A program made the position numbers and the translations under genes. Under the pieces are notes generated by a model. That model did not search any database, had not been told where the DNA came from, and saw only the letters and a list, made by a program, of their open reading frames with translations. Below, piece by piece: positions 47,385 through 58,000 of a DNA stretch of 64,000 nt. Positions within the stretch are counted from its first letter, which is position 1, and each line of letters begins with the position of its first letter. This stretch comes from a virus, in IMG/VR virus record IMGVR_UViG_3300008469_000001, positions 23,922 to 87,921 of that record; one strand, 5' to 3'.

Positions 47385-48620
47385 ATGGCAAACGTACAAC
47401 CAAAAATGTTAGTAGAATCATTACTTGAAGGTGTAAGCGATCATAAAAAAGATTCAATGAGAGTAATCTTAGAAAATGAAGCAAAATACGCTGAAACTTT
47501 AAATGAAGCTACTTTCTCAGGAGCAATCAAATCAGTTCCAAAATTAATCATGCCTTTGGCAAGAAGAGTAATGACAAATGTTGTTGCAGATCAATTAGTA
47601 GGTGTTCAACCACTTAAAGAGAGAACAGGTATCTGTATGTCTTTAAAATATGTTTACGCATCTGATTCATCTGTTGATTTAGGAGATGCTTCAACTGCTG
47701 AAGCTGAAAAAAATAGATATAATGCATTAGTTACTAATGATCCAGATGCACCAGTTGCAACTGTTGATGGTACTACTGTTACATATCCTGCTGGTTCTGA
47801 AGTTTCTTATGTTGCTGGTGTTAATCAATATGCACAACAAAAAGCTACAAAAGATTTTGAAAAAGGATCAATTGTAAATCCAGTAACTGGTAATACTCAT
47901 AATGAAGGATTTGAACCATTCAAAGAAACTACATTAAAGTTCAACCAAACTACTGTAACTGCTAAAACTAGAAAATTAGCTGCACAATGGTCTTTAGAAG
48001 CTGCTCAAGATGCACAAGCGTCTTTAGGTATTAACATTGAGAAAGAAATGATCACTGCTTTAGCTCAAACTATTGCAAATGACATTGATAGAGAATTATT
48101 AAACGCAATCGAAGGTAAAGTAGGTTATACTGCTAACTATGATTATGCTAATGTTTCTGGAACTAACTCTATGGCTGAAAAATATCAAGCATTATATACA
48201 AAAGTATTAGAAGTTTCTAACCAAATTGCTGTTAGAACTAGAAGAGGTGCTGCTAACTGGATGATCGTTAATCCTAATGTATTAACAATCTTACAAACTT
48301 TAAAATCTTTCAACTTTGCTCCAAGCACAAGTTCTTATGTAGATCCAACTAATATTGGTTTAGCTGGTACTATTGAAGGTAGATTCAAAGTATTTACTGA
48401 TATTATCAGAACATCTGATGACATCTTGATGGGTTACAAAGGTAATACTGAAACTGATACTGGTATTGTTTATATGCCATATGTTCCATTAGAAGTATCT
48501 CCAACTATTTTAGATGGTAATTCATTTATGCCAAGAGTAATGTTAAGTACAAGATATGGTATCGCTGATAACATGTTAGGTGCAGATGCATACTATGGTA
48601 AAGTAAACGTTTCTTTATAA
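47385..48620 (+). CDS. gp23: Major capsid protein (T4 gp23-like)
   Basis: LARRVM..LVGVQPL, VTAKTRKLAAQWSLEAAQD, IDRE, TRRGAANW, GYKG..DTGIVYMPYVPL, PRVMLSTRYG. Confidence 0.97.
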   Translation: MANVQPKMLVESLLEGVSDHKKDSMRVILENEAKYAETLNEATFSGAIKSVPKLIMPLARRVMTNVVADQLVGVQPLKERTGICMSLKYVYASDSSVDLGDASTAEAEKNRYNALVTNDPDAPVATVDGTTVTYPAGSEVSYVAGVNQYAQQKATKDFEKGSIVNPVTGNTHNEGFEPFKETTLKFNQTTVTAKTRKLAAQWSLEAAQDAQASLGINIEKEMITALAQTIANDIDRELLNAIEGKVGYTANYDYANVSGTNSMAEKYQALYTKVLEVSNQIAVRTRRGAANWMIVNPNVLTILQTLKSFNFAPSTSSYVDPTNIGLAGTIEGRFKVFTDIIRTSDDILMGYKGNTETDTGIVYMPYVPLEVSPTILDGNSFMPRVMLSTRYGIADNMLGADAYYGKVNVSL

Positions 48621-48643
48621 TAAGAAACCTTACTATAAAATTT

Positions 48644-48674
48644 GCCATTGGGTTATCTCCCATTGGCTTTTTTT
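48644..48674 (+). terminator. Rho-independent terminator after the capsid gene
   Basis: GCCATTGGG-N6-CCCATTGGC (one mismatch) followed by T7. Confidence 0.7.
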
Positions 48675-48731
48675 ATGTTCAAAAAATCGTGAATAAATCT
48701 CTTTTAAACCCTTTATTTTTATACCTTTAAA

Positions 48732-49193
48732 TTACAACCCTAAAGTCTTTTCAGTCCATATATCAAAAATGTAACCATTGTTATTAGCCCATGCTCTAGC
48801 AGCAACCCATTTGTCTTGATTTTTTTGAAAAGTTAATATCTGTTGATTATATCTGTTGAGAGCTTTTTGTGTTTTTTTCTTTGGAGTTACTGGGGGTATT
48901 GTTTGGTCAAAAGGTTTGATTTCGATTAAGTATCTCTTTTGTTCATCACTTTTTGTATTGATTATAAAATTAACATCTATGTAATATCTATGATTTTTTC
49001 CATCTACTTGACATTTGTATGGTATTATTATAGACTCACTAGCCCATTCTATAATTGATGGATGATTATCTAAAAAGAAAAAAACTCTCCTTTCCCAACT
49101 GCTCCTAAAAACTATAGGTAATGTACCTTTATATTTATCTGGGTTTTTTGGTGTGTATTTTCCTTGTTTCCAACCAGTTTTGTTAGTGCTCAT
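48732..49193 (-). CDS. gp4: Head completion protein (T4 gp4-like, TnsA-like endonuclease fold)
   Basis: GKYTPKNPDKYKG..FRSSWE..WASE..IPY..HRYYID..LIEIKP..NQDKW..WTE; ATG 49193 after AAGGAG. Confidence 0.92.
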   Translation of the reverse strand: MSTNKTGWKQGKYTPKNPDKYKGTLPIVFRSSWERRVFFFLDNHPSIIEWASESIIIPYKCQVDGKNHRYYIDVNFIINTKSDEQKRYLIEIKPFDQTIPPVTPKKKTQKALNRYNQQILTFQKNQDKWVAARAWANNNGYIFDIWTEKTLGL

Positions 49194-49317
49194 ATAATAC
49201 ATCTCCTTCAATAATATTAACATTATTTATCAATATTATACTCATAATAAAAGTTTTTTTATTTTGAAATACTAATATTGGAATAAATAAAGGAAATAAA
49301 GATAAAAAGAGGTCACC

Positions 49318-52020
49318 ATGGCAGTAAAGACTTTTGAAAGGGAAGTTAAAAAACTTTCTACAGAATTCCAAAATTTAATAGAGAATTACGACTTTGAAGA
49401 ATATGATTTTCATTCAATTAGACAAACTCTTCAAGATTATATAGAAAGAACATACCCTAATTATAATGATTATTTCAGATCTGATTATGTTATGATGTTG
49501 ATAGAATTATTTGCATTCTATGGAGAAATGATGGCATATAGAATGGACACTAATATGAATGAAGTTTATCTATCATCTGCAAAAGAAAGAAAAAATATTA
49601 TAAAAATAGCCGATATGTTAGGATATAAATATAATAGAATAGAACCTGCCCAATCTATTATGAAAATTGATGTTAGTGATGAACCCGGAGGAACTAGGCT
49701 TCTTAAAAAGAACAAAAAACAATCTGGAATAGGTGATATTTTATCTAAAACACAAGAAATCGTATTTTCACCAATTGAAGCAGATTACAGCTCATATTAT
49801 CCATATAAATTAGATTACATTTTTAAGACTGTTAAATCAGATGAATTTATGAATACTTTGGATAATGTTTTTGATAAACTAACAGACTTTTCATTAACTG
49901 AAAATATTAAAGTGAAAAGAGTGATTGAAGATAGTTTTGAGTTTTATGAAAGGTCTATGTTTATTGATAAATTTCAAATGAGATATGAAGCAAACACAAA
50001 CATTTACATTGATTATGCCGGTGGTACTAAAATGTTTGAATTACAAAATATAAAATTTGATGAAGTATTATATTTTAATTCAGAAGAAACTATAGATACC
50101 CTTACATACAATAGTGAAAATTTATATGCATCAACACCAGAAATAGGATTTGAATTTGTAGTTAGATATGATAAAGGTAATAATATTCTAGATAAGAATG
50201 TTTATATGTATATACCTTCAATTCAGGGTGGAACATTTACTAGGAGCATTGTTGTTGAAAAAGCTGTTAAAAATTTTAAATATGTTGTTTATGAAAAAAA
50301 TATTTTCAATAATCCAACTATTGTTAAACAATTTGATGCCCAAAATAATTTACTTAGAACTTATTATGAAGTTGAAAATTTAAATAATCATCATCATAAA
50401 TATGCATATGAAATAAACAACACACCTGATGGACATATTGAATTAGTATTTGGTGATGGAAAAAATTCAGAAATGTTGATACCGGCAACAAAAACATTAT
50501 TCTATTATAGAAAAAATGCACAAAATTCAGATGAGATAATGAATATTAAGAATGCTTCATTGGATCAAATAGTGCTTCCAATAAGTTTTTATGATATAAA
50601 TGTTGGTAAAACTCAGAATGTATCACAACAAATATTGTTGTATGATGATTTTAACGCTGATAATGGTTCACCAGCTGAAACTGATGAACAAATCAAATAT
50701 ATGGCTAGAAAACTTAGAAGTATTCAAGATAGATTTGTTACTGCTACTGATTATGAAACCGCTGGAATGTTACACCCAAGAGTTAAGTATACTGCAGTTG
50801 TGTTGAGAAGTTATATTGGTAAAAATAGTCCTAGAATGAATAATGAGTTTATAGAATTTTACTTTGATCAAAACAAGAATAATGTAACCGAATTTATTGC
50901 AATTGATGATAAAACACAACAAAAAACAAATACATTTATAACTGCTGAAACAGCATATTTTACACCTTCAACAGTTGCAGAAAAATATGATTCAATAAAA
51001 TTTGTTGAGACGGGTGATGAATATTATTTTGATATTTTTGATTTTGAAGCTGTGTCACCTAATGAATTATATAAATATCCAAATAGATTAACATCATTGG
51101 ATAGTAAGGGTACATCAATAAGATTAATTAATAAAGTTATAAGACCTGATATTATTACGGAGAATTTAACAATTACATCCCTTAATAATATATTGCCCAT
51201 AGATTATAGTTTAACCGATATTAGTTATAATGGTAGTACAAATACTATTTTAAATTGTAGTTTAACAACAAATAAAGTATTGGATATAGATCAGGTTACT
51301 GAAGCTATTGAAAAAGATAAATATAGTATAATTAGTAAGTTTAATAACTTATTTGACAATATTTCTATAAAGAACATAAAACTGATTGAAAATAATGTAG
51401 GATATACATTATCAATGATGTATACAACAAATGATATATTCTTACCAGAGAATGACTTGTCATTTATTTGGACACACTTTAAATCTGATGATATTTACAT
51501 TAATCCAAGTAAATCAAATATCATTGAGATATATGTTACTGGAATTAAGAGGGATTTAAAGAAAAATATTGAAATTTATCAACCACTAACTAGTTCTGAA
51601 ATTAATAAATTGATAAAAGAAATTGATAAAAGAAAGATGATTTCTGATATTGTTCAAGTTTATAATTCTAGCGTTTATGAAATATCAGTTTCTCTAAAAT
51701 TTTATAAAAATAAGAATGTTGGTATAACTGATGAGTTATTGAGATCTAAAATTAATAACAGTTTAGATAACTTTTTTGATATTGTTAATATACCATTGGG
51801 TAAACATTTCCATTTATCTAGATTATTGGAACATTTACATAATGAGATTGATGAGATTCAACATATTGATATGATTAAAGATGCTGATGGTAAACAGTTG
51901 ATGCCAACATCAACTATGGATATTTTGGGTGAAAAAATTATTTTCACTCAAATAGTAGAAGCATTAAAAGAAGTTGATGGCATAAACAGTCCCATTAGAA
52001 GAATAGATATTATTTCATAA
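49318..52020 (+). CDS. gp6: Baseplate wedge subunit (T4 gp6-like)
   Basis: YDFHSIRQTL..YNDY..IELFAFYGE..NEVYLSSA..MLGY, LVFGDG, ETDEQIK..QDRFVTATDY. Confidence 0.88.
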   Translation: MAVKTFEREVKKLSTEFQNLIENYDFEEYDFHSIRQTLQDYIERTYPNYNDYFRSDYVMMLIELFAFYGEMMAYRMDTNMNEVYLSSAKERKNIIKIADMLGYKYNRIEPAQSIMKIDVSDEPGGTRLLKKNKKQSGIGDILSKTQEIVFSPIEADYSSYYPYKLDYIFKTVKSDEFMNTLDNVFDKLTDFSLTENIKVKRVIEDSFEFYERSMFIDKFQMRYEANTNIYIDYAGGTKMFELQNIKFDEVLYFNSEETIDTLTYNSENLYASTPEIGFEFVVRYDKGNNILDKNVYMYIPSIQGGTFTRSIVVEKAVKNFKYVVYEKNIFNNPTIVKQFDAQNNLLRTYYEVENLNNHHHKYAYEINNTPDGHIELVFGDGKNSEMLIPATKTLFYYRKNAQNSDEIMNIKNASLDQIVLPISFYDINVGKTQNVSQQILLYDDFNADNGSPAETDEQIKYMARKLRSIQDRFVTATDYETAGMLHPRVKYTAVVLRSYIGKNSPRMNNEFIEFYFDQNKNNVTEFIAIDDKTQQKTNTFITAETAYFTPSTVAEKYDSIKFVETGDEYYFDIFDFEAVSPNELYKYPNRLTSLDSKGTSIRLINKVIRPDIITENLTITSLNNILPIDYSLTDISYNGSTNTILNCSLTTNKVLDIDQVTEAIEKDKYSIISKFNNLFDNISIKNIKLIENNVGYTLSMMYTTNDIFLPENDLSFIWTHFKSDDIYINPSKSNIIEIYVTGIKRDLKKNIEIYQPLTSSEINKLIKEIDKRKMISDIVQVYNSSVYEISVSLKFYKNKNVGITDELLRSKINNSLDNFFDIVNIPLGKHFHLSRLLEHLHNEIDEIQHIDMIKDADGKQLMPTSTMDILGEKIIFTQIVEALKEVDGINSPIRRIDIIS

Positions 52021-52053
52021 ATAGTATCATAAAAGAATATAGGAAGTAATTAG

Positions 52054-55000
52054 ATGCCTAATTTATTAAAGTCATTACCGAGAGAGATTTTAGATAAAGA
52101 AGATAGTAAATTTATCTATAATGTATTGAATCCTTTATTATTTGAAAAAATAAGAGAGAATAATATTGAAACTCTTAAATCATATACTGTTAGTGAAATG
52201 TTGGATAAAGATATTAACAAGTATGAACAGTTTGATGCAAATTTTAGAATTCCATATAATATTGATTCTAGAAGTTTTCATGTATATATGGGTGATGGAC
52301 AAGAAAAGATAAAACTTGAAAATTATAGAAAAGAAGAATTAATCTTGGAACTTGATGAAATAAAAGAATTTATATTCTTTTATTTTTCAGTAGAAGGATA
52401 TGGTTTTATAAAAAAAATAATTGAAAAATATTATTTTATTAAAAATGAAGTAGAAAAAAACAAAAAATTATACAAAACTAATTATGATAAATATATCATA
52501 TCTGTTGATGTTAAAAAAAAGAAAGTATTTAAACAAACTTTTGAGTATTTTAAGGAAATATATGATGAGTTTAATTTATTATTAACAGAATTTGATGTAG
52601 TTTTTAGAGAACTATCATTAAATGCTGATTATTCTGTGAACCAATTGGTTGATAATATTGCAAGCTCAATTGGTGACTTGTATAAAATTAGAACATTTGA
52701 TAATGATATTGTATTCACTAAAAGTAAACTATTTGCATACCTTAGCAATAATGTAAATTTTGGAGACGATATACTAAAACATACTTTCTCTGGTAAAGAA
52801 ATAATTGGTACAAAAGTCTTTCAACCTAACAATATCATTGAATTAATGAGTATTTTTGCTTTAGAATTGTATGAAATAAAAGCTAAATATTCCACATATT
52901 TATCTATATTGGTTGATAATAATGGTATGGGATATTCATTAAAAAGAAGCAGTGAAAAATTTGTTAAAAATAAAATTTTGAATAATATTATTTTAGATCT
53001 TGATAGTGATAATTTAACATATTTTATAAATGAGGAAAATAATGAATTAGAAATTTATTTATATTTTGACAGAGTTTTTAGGATAGAAGAATCAACACTA
53101 AAAATTAAAATAAATGATAGAAATTATGAAAGATCTATAGTATCATTGAATGGGCATATTCATAATGGTTATACTATGTTTGATTATTTTGATGATACGA
53201 CTAAATATTATAAAATAACAATACACAATTATTTAGTTAAAGATTTAGATGATGAATATGTAAATTTTAATATTGATAATATTGAACTTGAATTTGATGC
53301 TGTAGAATCTGTTATGTATGCTCCAACATCATCAAACGAACCACTAATAGAAACTACTGGATTTTTAGATAATTTTGTAATATATAAAAAAAACTCATCT
53401 TCTGGGTTTTATGAAAGATTTGATATACCATATAAGATAAAAATTAATATTGATGAAAAAGAAGAAAGATATAATAGAATATATGAATTCATGGGAATCA
53501 ATGCAGGTGCACAACAAGCAATCTTGGATGCTGAAGATATTCTTATTTCATGTTATTCTTTTGATTATATGTATGAACCAAAATTATATGTAGATTTCTT
53601 TAAAGATTTATCTAATACTATTGAATTGAGATACCATACAATAGTTCAATATACATTGATAGATGATGTTATAGATAAAGATTTTGAAATACCATATTAT
53701 AGTGAAATTGAAATTTTAGAGTACAATTCTAATATAAAAAAGAATGTGTTGATGTATGATGGAAAAGTATATAGGAGAATATTTGATAACAAAGGTTATA
53801 TGCAATTAGTTAATCCATATAATGAACCAAATAATAACTTTGTTTCAAAAATAAGCTATGATTATTTAGATAAAAGAGACCATGTTAGAGATATACTTAT
53901 AACTGAAAAAGTTGAAAAATTACCATTTTATGCTAATTTAAAATTTTTAGAACCATATCAATATGATAAAGATAGAAACTGTATTATTATATTTTATATG
54001 AATAATCAATATGTTATACCTTTAGATGAAAATCTAGTTAGAAATAATAATTATGAGCAGATAACTTACGATCCTATTTCTGATACATTATTTTATGCAT
54101 CATGTGAAAAATGTAGTAAAGATTTCATTTATGCTAATGAAAAAATATATATTCATAATGATATAACTGACATCTATGATGAATTGGAATTAGTATCAAC
54201 CGAATTAATAAATTTATCAGAAACATCAAATAGAATTTATTATGATATTTTTACAATGAAACATGCTATTAGTATAGGTGGTGAGAAATTTAATTTAACT
54301 AATTTATATTTAGCATCTAATGAGGAAGCACTAAAATATGTTAATCAATCACTTGTATATGTAGAAAAGAAATTTGGTATACCTAGGTTTAAAAGTATAG
54401 ATGGTAACATATATGATATTGAATTTGCAAATGGTTTGATATTAAAAGGTGAAACAGAATTTGAAAGGTCATTAATATATGATGTAAACAATAATACAAT
54501 TGAATATAAACATAACCAATATGATAGTTTCTTTATATCATTAGAAATTGCTGATGAACCAAACAATTATCATAGGCTAGCAGGATTGAATGTGAATTCA
54601 ATTTTCTATGCCGGTAATGCTATGCCTGAAAATTCAAATAAATCTTTCTATGGTAGAGAGAATATTATGAGTTCATTAACTATGCCTGATGATGTTTATA
54701 ATATTGGTAGATCGAGTGATACATTTAATAATTTAAAACAACACAAATTACTAGGTGAACAATTAGATTTGAATGTTGAAAATGCTAGTAAACATAATAT
54801 GGAACAAGAACCATATTTAATGTTTAAATCATCAACATCATCATTAAAAGGTTTAGAATCGTATTTGAAATCTAATTTAAAATCTATCTCACAAGATATT
54901 GAAGTATCACCAGTTTACCTAGTACAAAGAAATAGATTTATTTCAGAGTGGGCAAGAGTTTCTAGTGTTTTACCTACAAACTCATTCGCTGAGAATTCTT

Positions 55001-58000
55001 TAAAAGAATTAGTAGCAGATTTAATGGAAACTAAATTAATAAATGGTGTATATGATGATCTAATTGATATATTCAAAAATAATGAATATGAAAAATTTTC
55101 TTTGGATACTAATAATATACACGGTATTTTAGTTCAATATATTAGAAGATACTTAGAAGATGAATTCTTATTAGAAGACCTAAATTATTATTTAATTCAC
55201 TCACTTTGGATGGATAATAATAGAAAAAAAGTATTAGATTTCATAAAATCTGTAGCTAGCGAAAAAGTTATTAAAATGTTGTCGAGTATGTCCTTTAATG
55301 CTAATTTTGAGAAAGAGAAATTATTTTATACATTTATAGAAGAATTGGAAAAAGTGAATAAAACCACTATTGAATCATACAAACCAATCGCTAATTATTC
55401 TGATTGGTTGGATTATGAGGAGAATAATAAAGTTAAATTTGAGAAACCATTTAGATATGATATAATTGATATTACTGATTTCATAACTATGCCAATCGAT
55501 TGGAAACAACCATTAGTATTGATAAGACCATTAACAGAAGATGGTGTATTCACTAAAAGGGATTATAGATTTTTAGATTCATCGATTGCAACTAATTCAC
55601 AAATTACTTATGATGATTCATATAATGAGTATGTAGAGGATATTAAAAATAAATTAAATAAACCGGTTAATTATTTAGATGAAACATTGAGAATACTACA
55701 AGATTTATCATTAGAAGGAGAATTTGACTTTTTAGGTGTAAATTTAGTAATTGTTAAATGGATTGTTGAAAGATTTTTACCAAATTATATTCTTAGTAAT
55801 GAAATTGGTGATGTAACAACATTCAGAGAGATAGTTAAAAATGAGTTATTGTCTTCCGAACATCCAAATTTGATAGTTTCATATAATAAGATTAAAGAGT
55901 CAATATTATTAAGAGATTTAGGTTCTAATGTTAATGAAATTTATGAAAGTATAACCTCAGGAGAGTTAGTTGTAAATTCATATATTAGATTGGACATTAC
56001 TGATAATATGGAATTGGAATACTTAGATAAAATTAAAAGACCCGCAGAACACTATTTTGATTTCTTGTTTGGTATTGGAAGACATGATATTATAACTAAA
56101 ATTCTCGCTTTATTTACTGAAGATGTTATAGCGTCATCAATGCTAGATTTATCTTTTGCTATTAATATTAAAAATAGTAAAGGTGATGAAACATATGATA
56201 TATATGAAAAAATGATTTATGAATTATTTGATGAATTTTTACCATTCCACTCTGTTTTGGATAAAATAATTTTTACAATTAAAATTATGGAAACAAACTC
56301 TGCTGAAGCAATTTCTAAACAAGCAGAAGTTGAAACTAAAGATGAAATGTTGATTGACATTTTCACTAAATTTGCAGAGAAAGTTAGAATTCAAACATTT
56401 GACAGAGCTATCGTATCATCAAAAATTTCAGCATTATTCCCATCTGAGGGTTTAAAACTTTGTGGTGGTCATGATGAAATTCCATATGATTTTGATAGAA
56501 AAATAAAAGTTGGTGGTCATGATGTTCCTATGCATATGGATGATAGTTATGGTGTTGATGATGATTGGTATATCGTAAATAGAGATAGTTGGAAAGAAAG
56601 ACCTCAGGATATTTATACCCCACCAGAGTTCGCAGATTTATTGTGGTCTTGTATTCCTGAAAATGAGTTTGAAAAAGTAGCTGATGTTTATTTAGATGAT
56701 TACTATCATATTAAACAAAATATTTTTGAAAGAGATGATAGAATTGAATCATATTTTGTAGATTCACTGCAAGCTATTGGTGTTGGATATAATTTAGATG
56801 AAAACCCAGATATTAATGTTACTGAGGATTATTTAATAGCTATTGATTCAACCTTTAATATTAGATTTTATGATATGGAAAATATGCCTCATGATGAATA
56901 TGGTTTAGATGAGGCATGGGGTCCTGAAGACCAAACTACATTGATTGGTGCAAAAGAAAATATGTATCAAACAATTATGCAAGAGTTTTATGACAAAATT
57001 AATGTTAGTGTTATGGATAGTGTGTGGACGGATATTAAAGTATTATATGATTTAACTAATATTCCAGGGCATGATGAATTTGCAGTTGATGAATATTATC
57101 ATCAATTAGGACCAGATAGATTAGGTCAAGAAATTTCAACAATGGTTTATGATGATTTATTACATCAGGGATTTGGTATTACAGCGAATGATATGAGTGA
57201 CATTTCACTTATAGATAAAGAGTTAGCTATTAAATCCATTCAAGATAGTAAATTATTTGCAGATGCAAGAGTAACTGATGATATTCATGTGACTATTGAT
57301 ATATGGGCAGGTAGAAGTAGTATAGAATTTTTAACTCCTAGCGGTGTTTTTGTACCTCCAGGGCATGATGAATTTGCATATGATGAATTCTATCATGATT
57401 CAGCCGACTTAGATAGAGTGGCTAATATGACCGATACTACATTATATGATGCCTTAGGAATTGTTAGAGTTGATTTTGGATTTATGAGAATGTTACCAAT
57501 AGATCCATATCAAGACTTAATTGATCAAAAGTTTTATAGAGCAGATCAACCGGGATCTGAGTTCCAAAAAACTAAAGTTAAAGATACACTTACATCTGAT
57601 GTTAGAATATTTGGTAAAGATATAATTAGAGTTAGTACTTTAGATATGTATATGTTGGATATTATTGATGAAGAATTGAGAAGAGAAATCTATTCTAATA
57701 TTGAAAATGATACACTAACTGGTGATTATTTTGCAGCAGAGTTAGGTGATGTATTAACAAAAAGACATATACATCATGATTTTAGAGAAAATATTGTAGC
57801 ACTAGAAAAATATGCTAGTGTATTAGATGATGAAACTATTTTAGGAATATTTGGACCTAGAGCAGCACAAATAGAAAGAGATAAATTATTTGAATTAAGA
57901 ATTGGTGATAGTTTAAAAAATGATATTAAACTAAAAATACCAGTAGATAGATCATTAACACAAATTGATAAAGATTACCTTAAAGAGATAAGAATTGAAG

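Noticed and set aside
48732-49193. TnsA-like transposase of a Tn7 element
   Set aside because: Motifs and context match T4 gp4 head-completion nuclease; no TnsB/TnsC or transposon ends.
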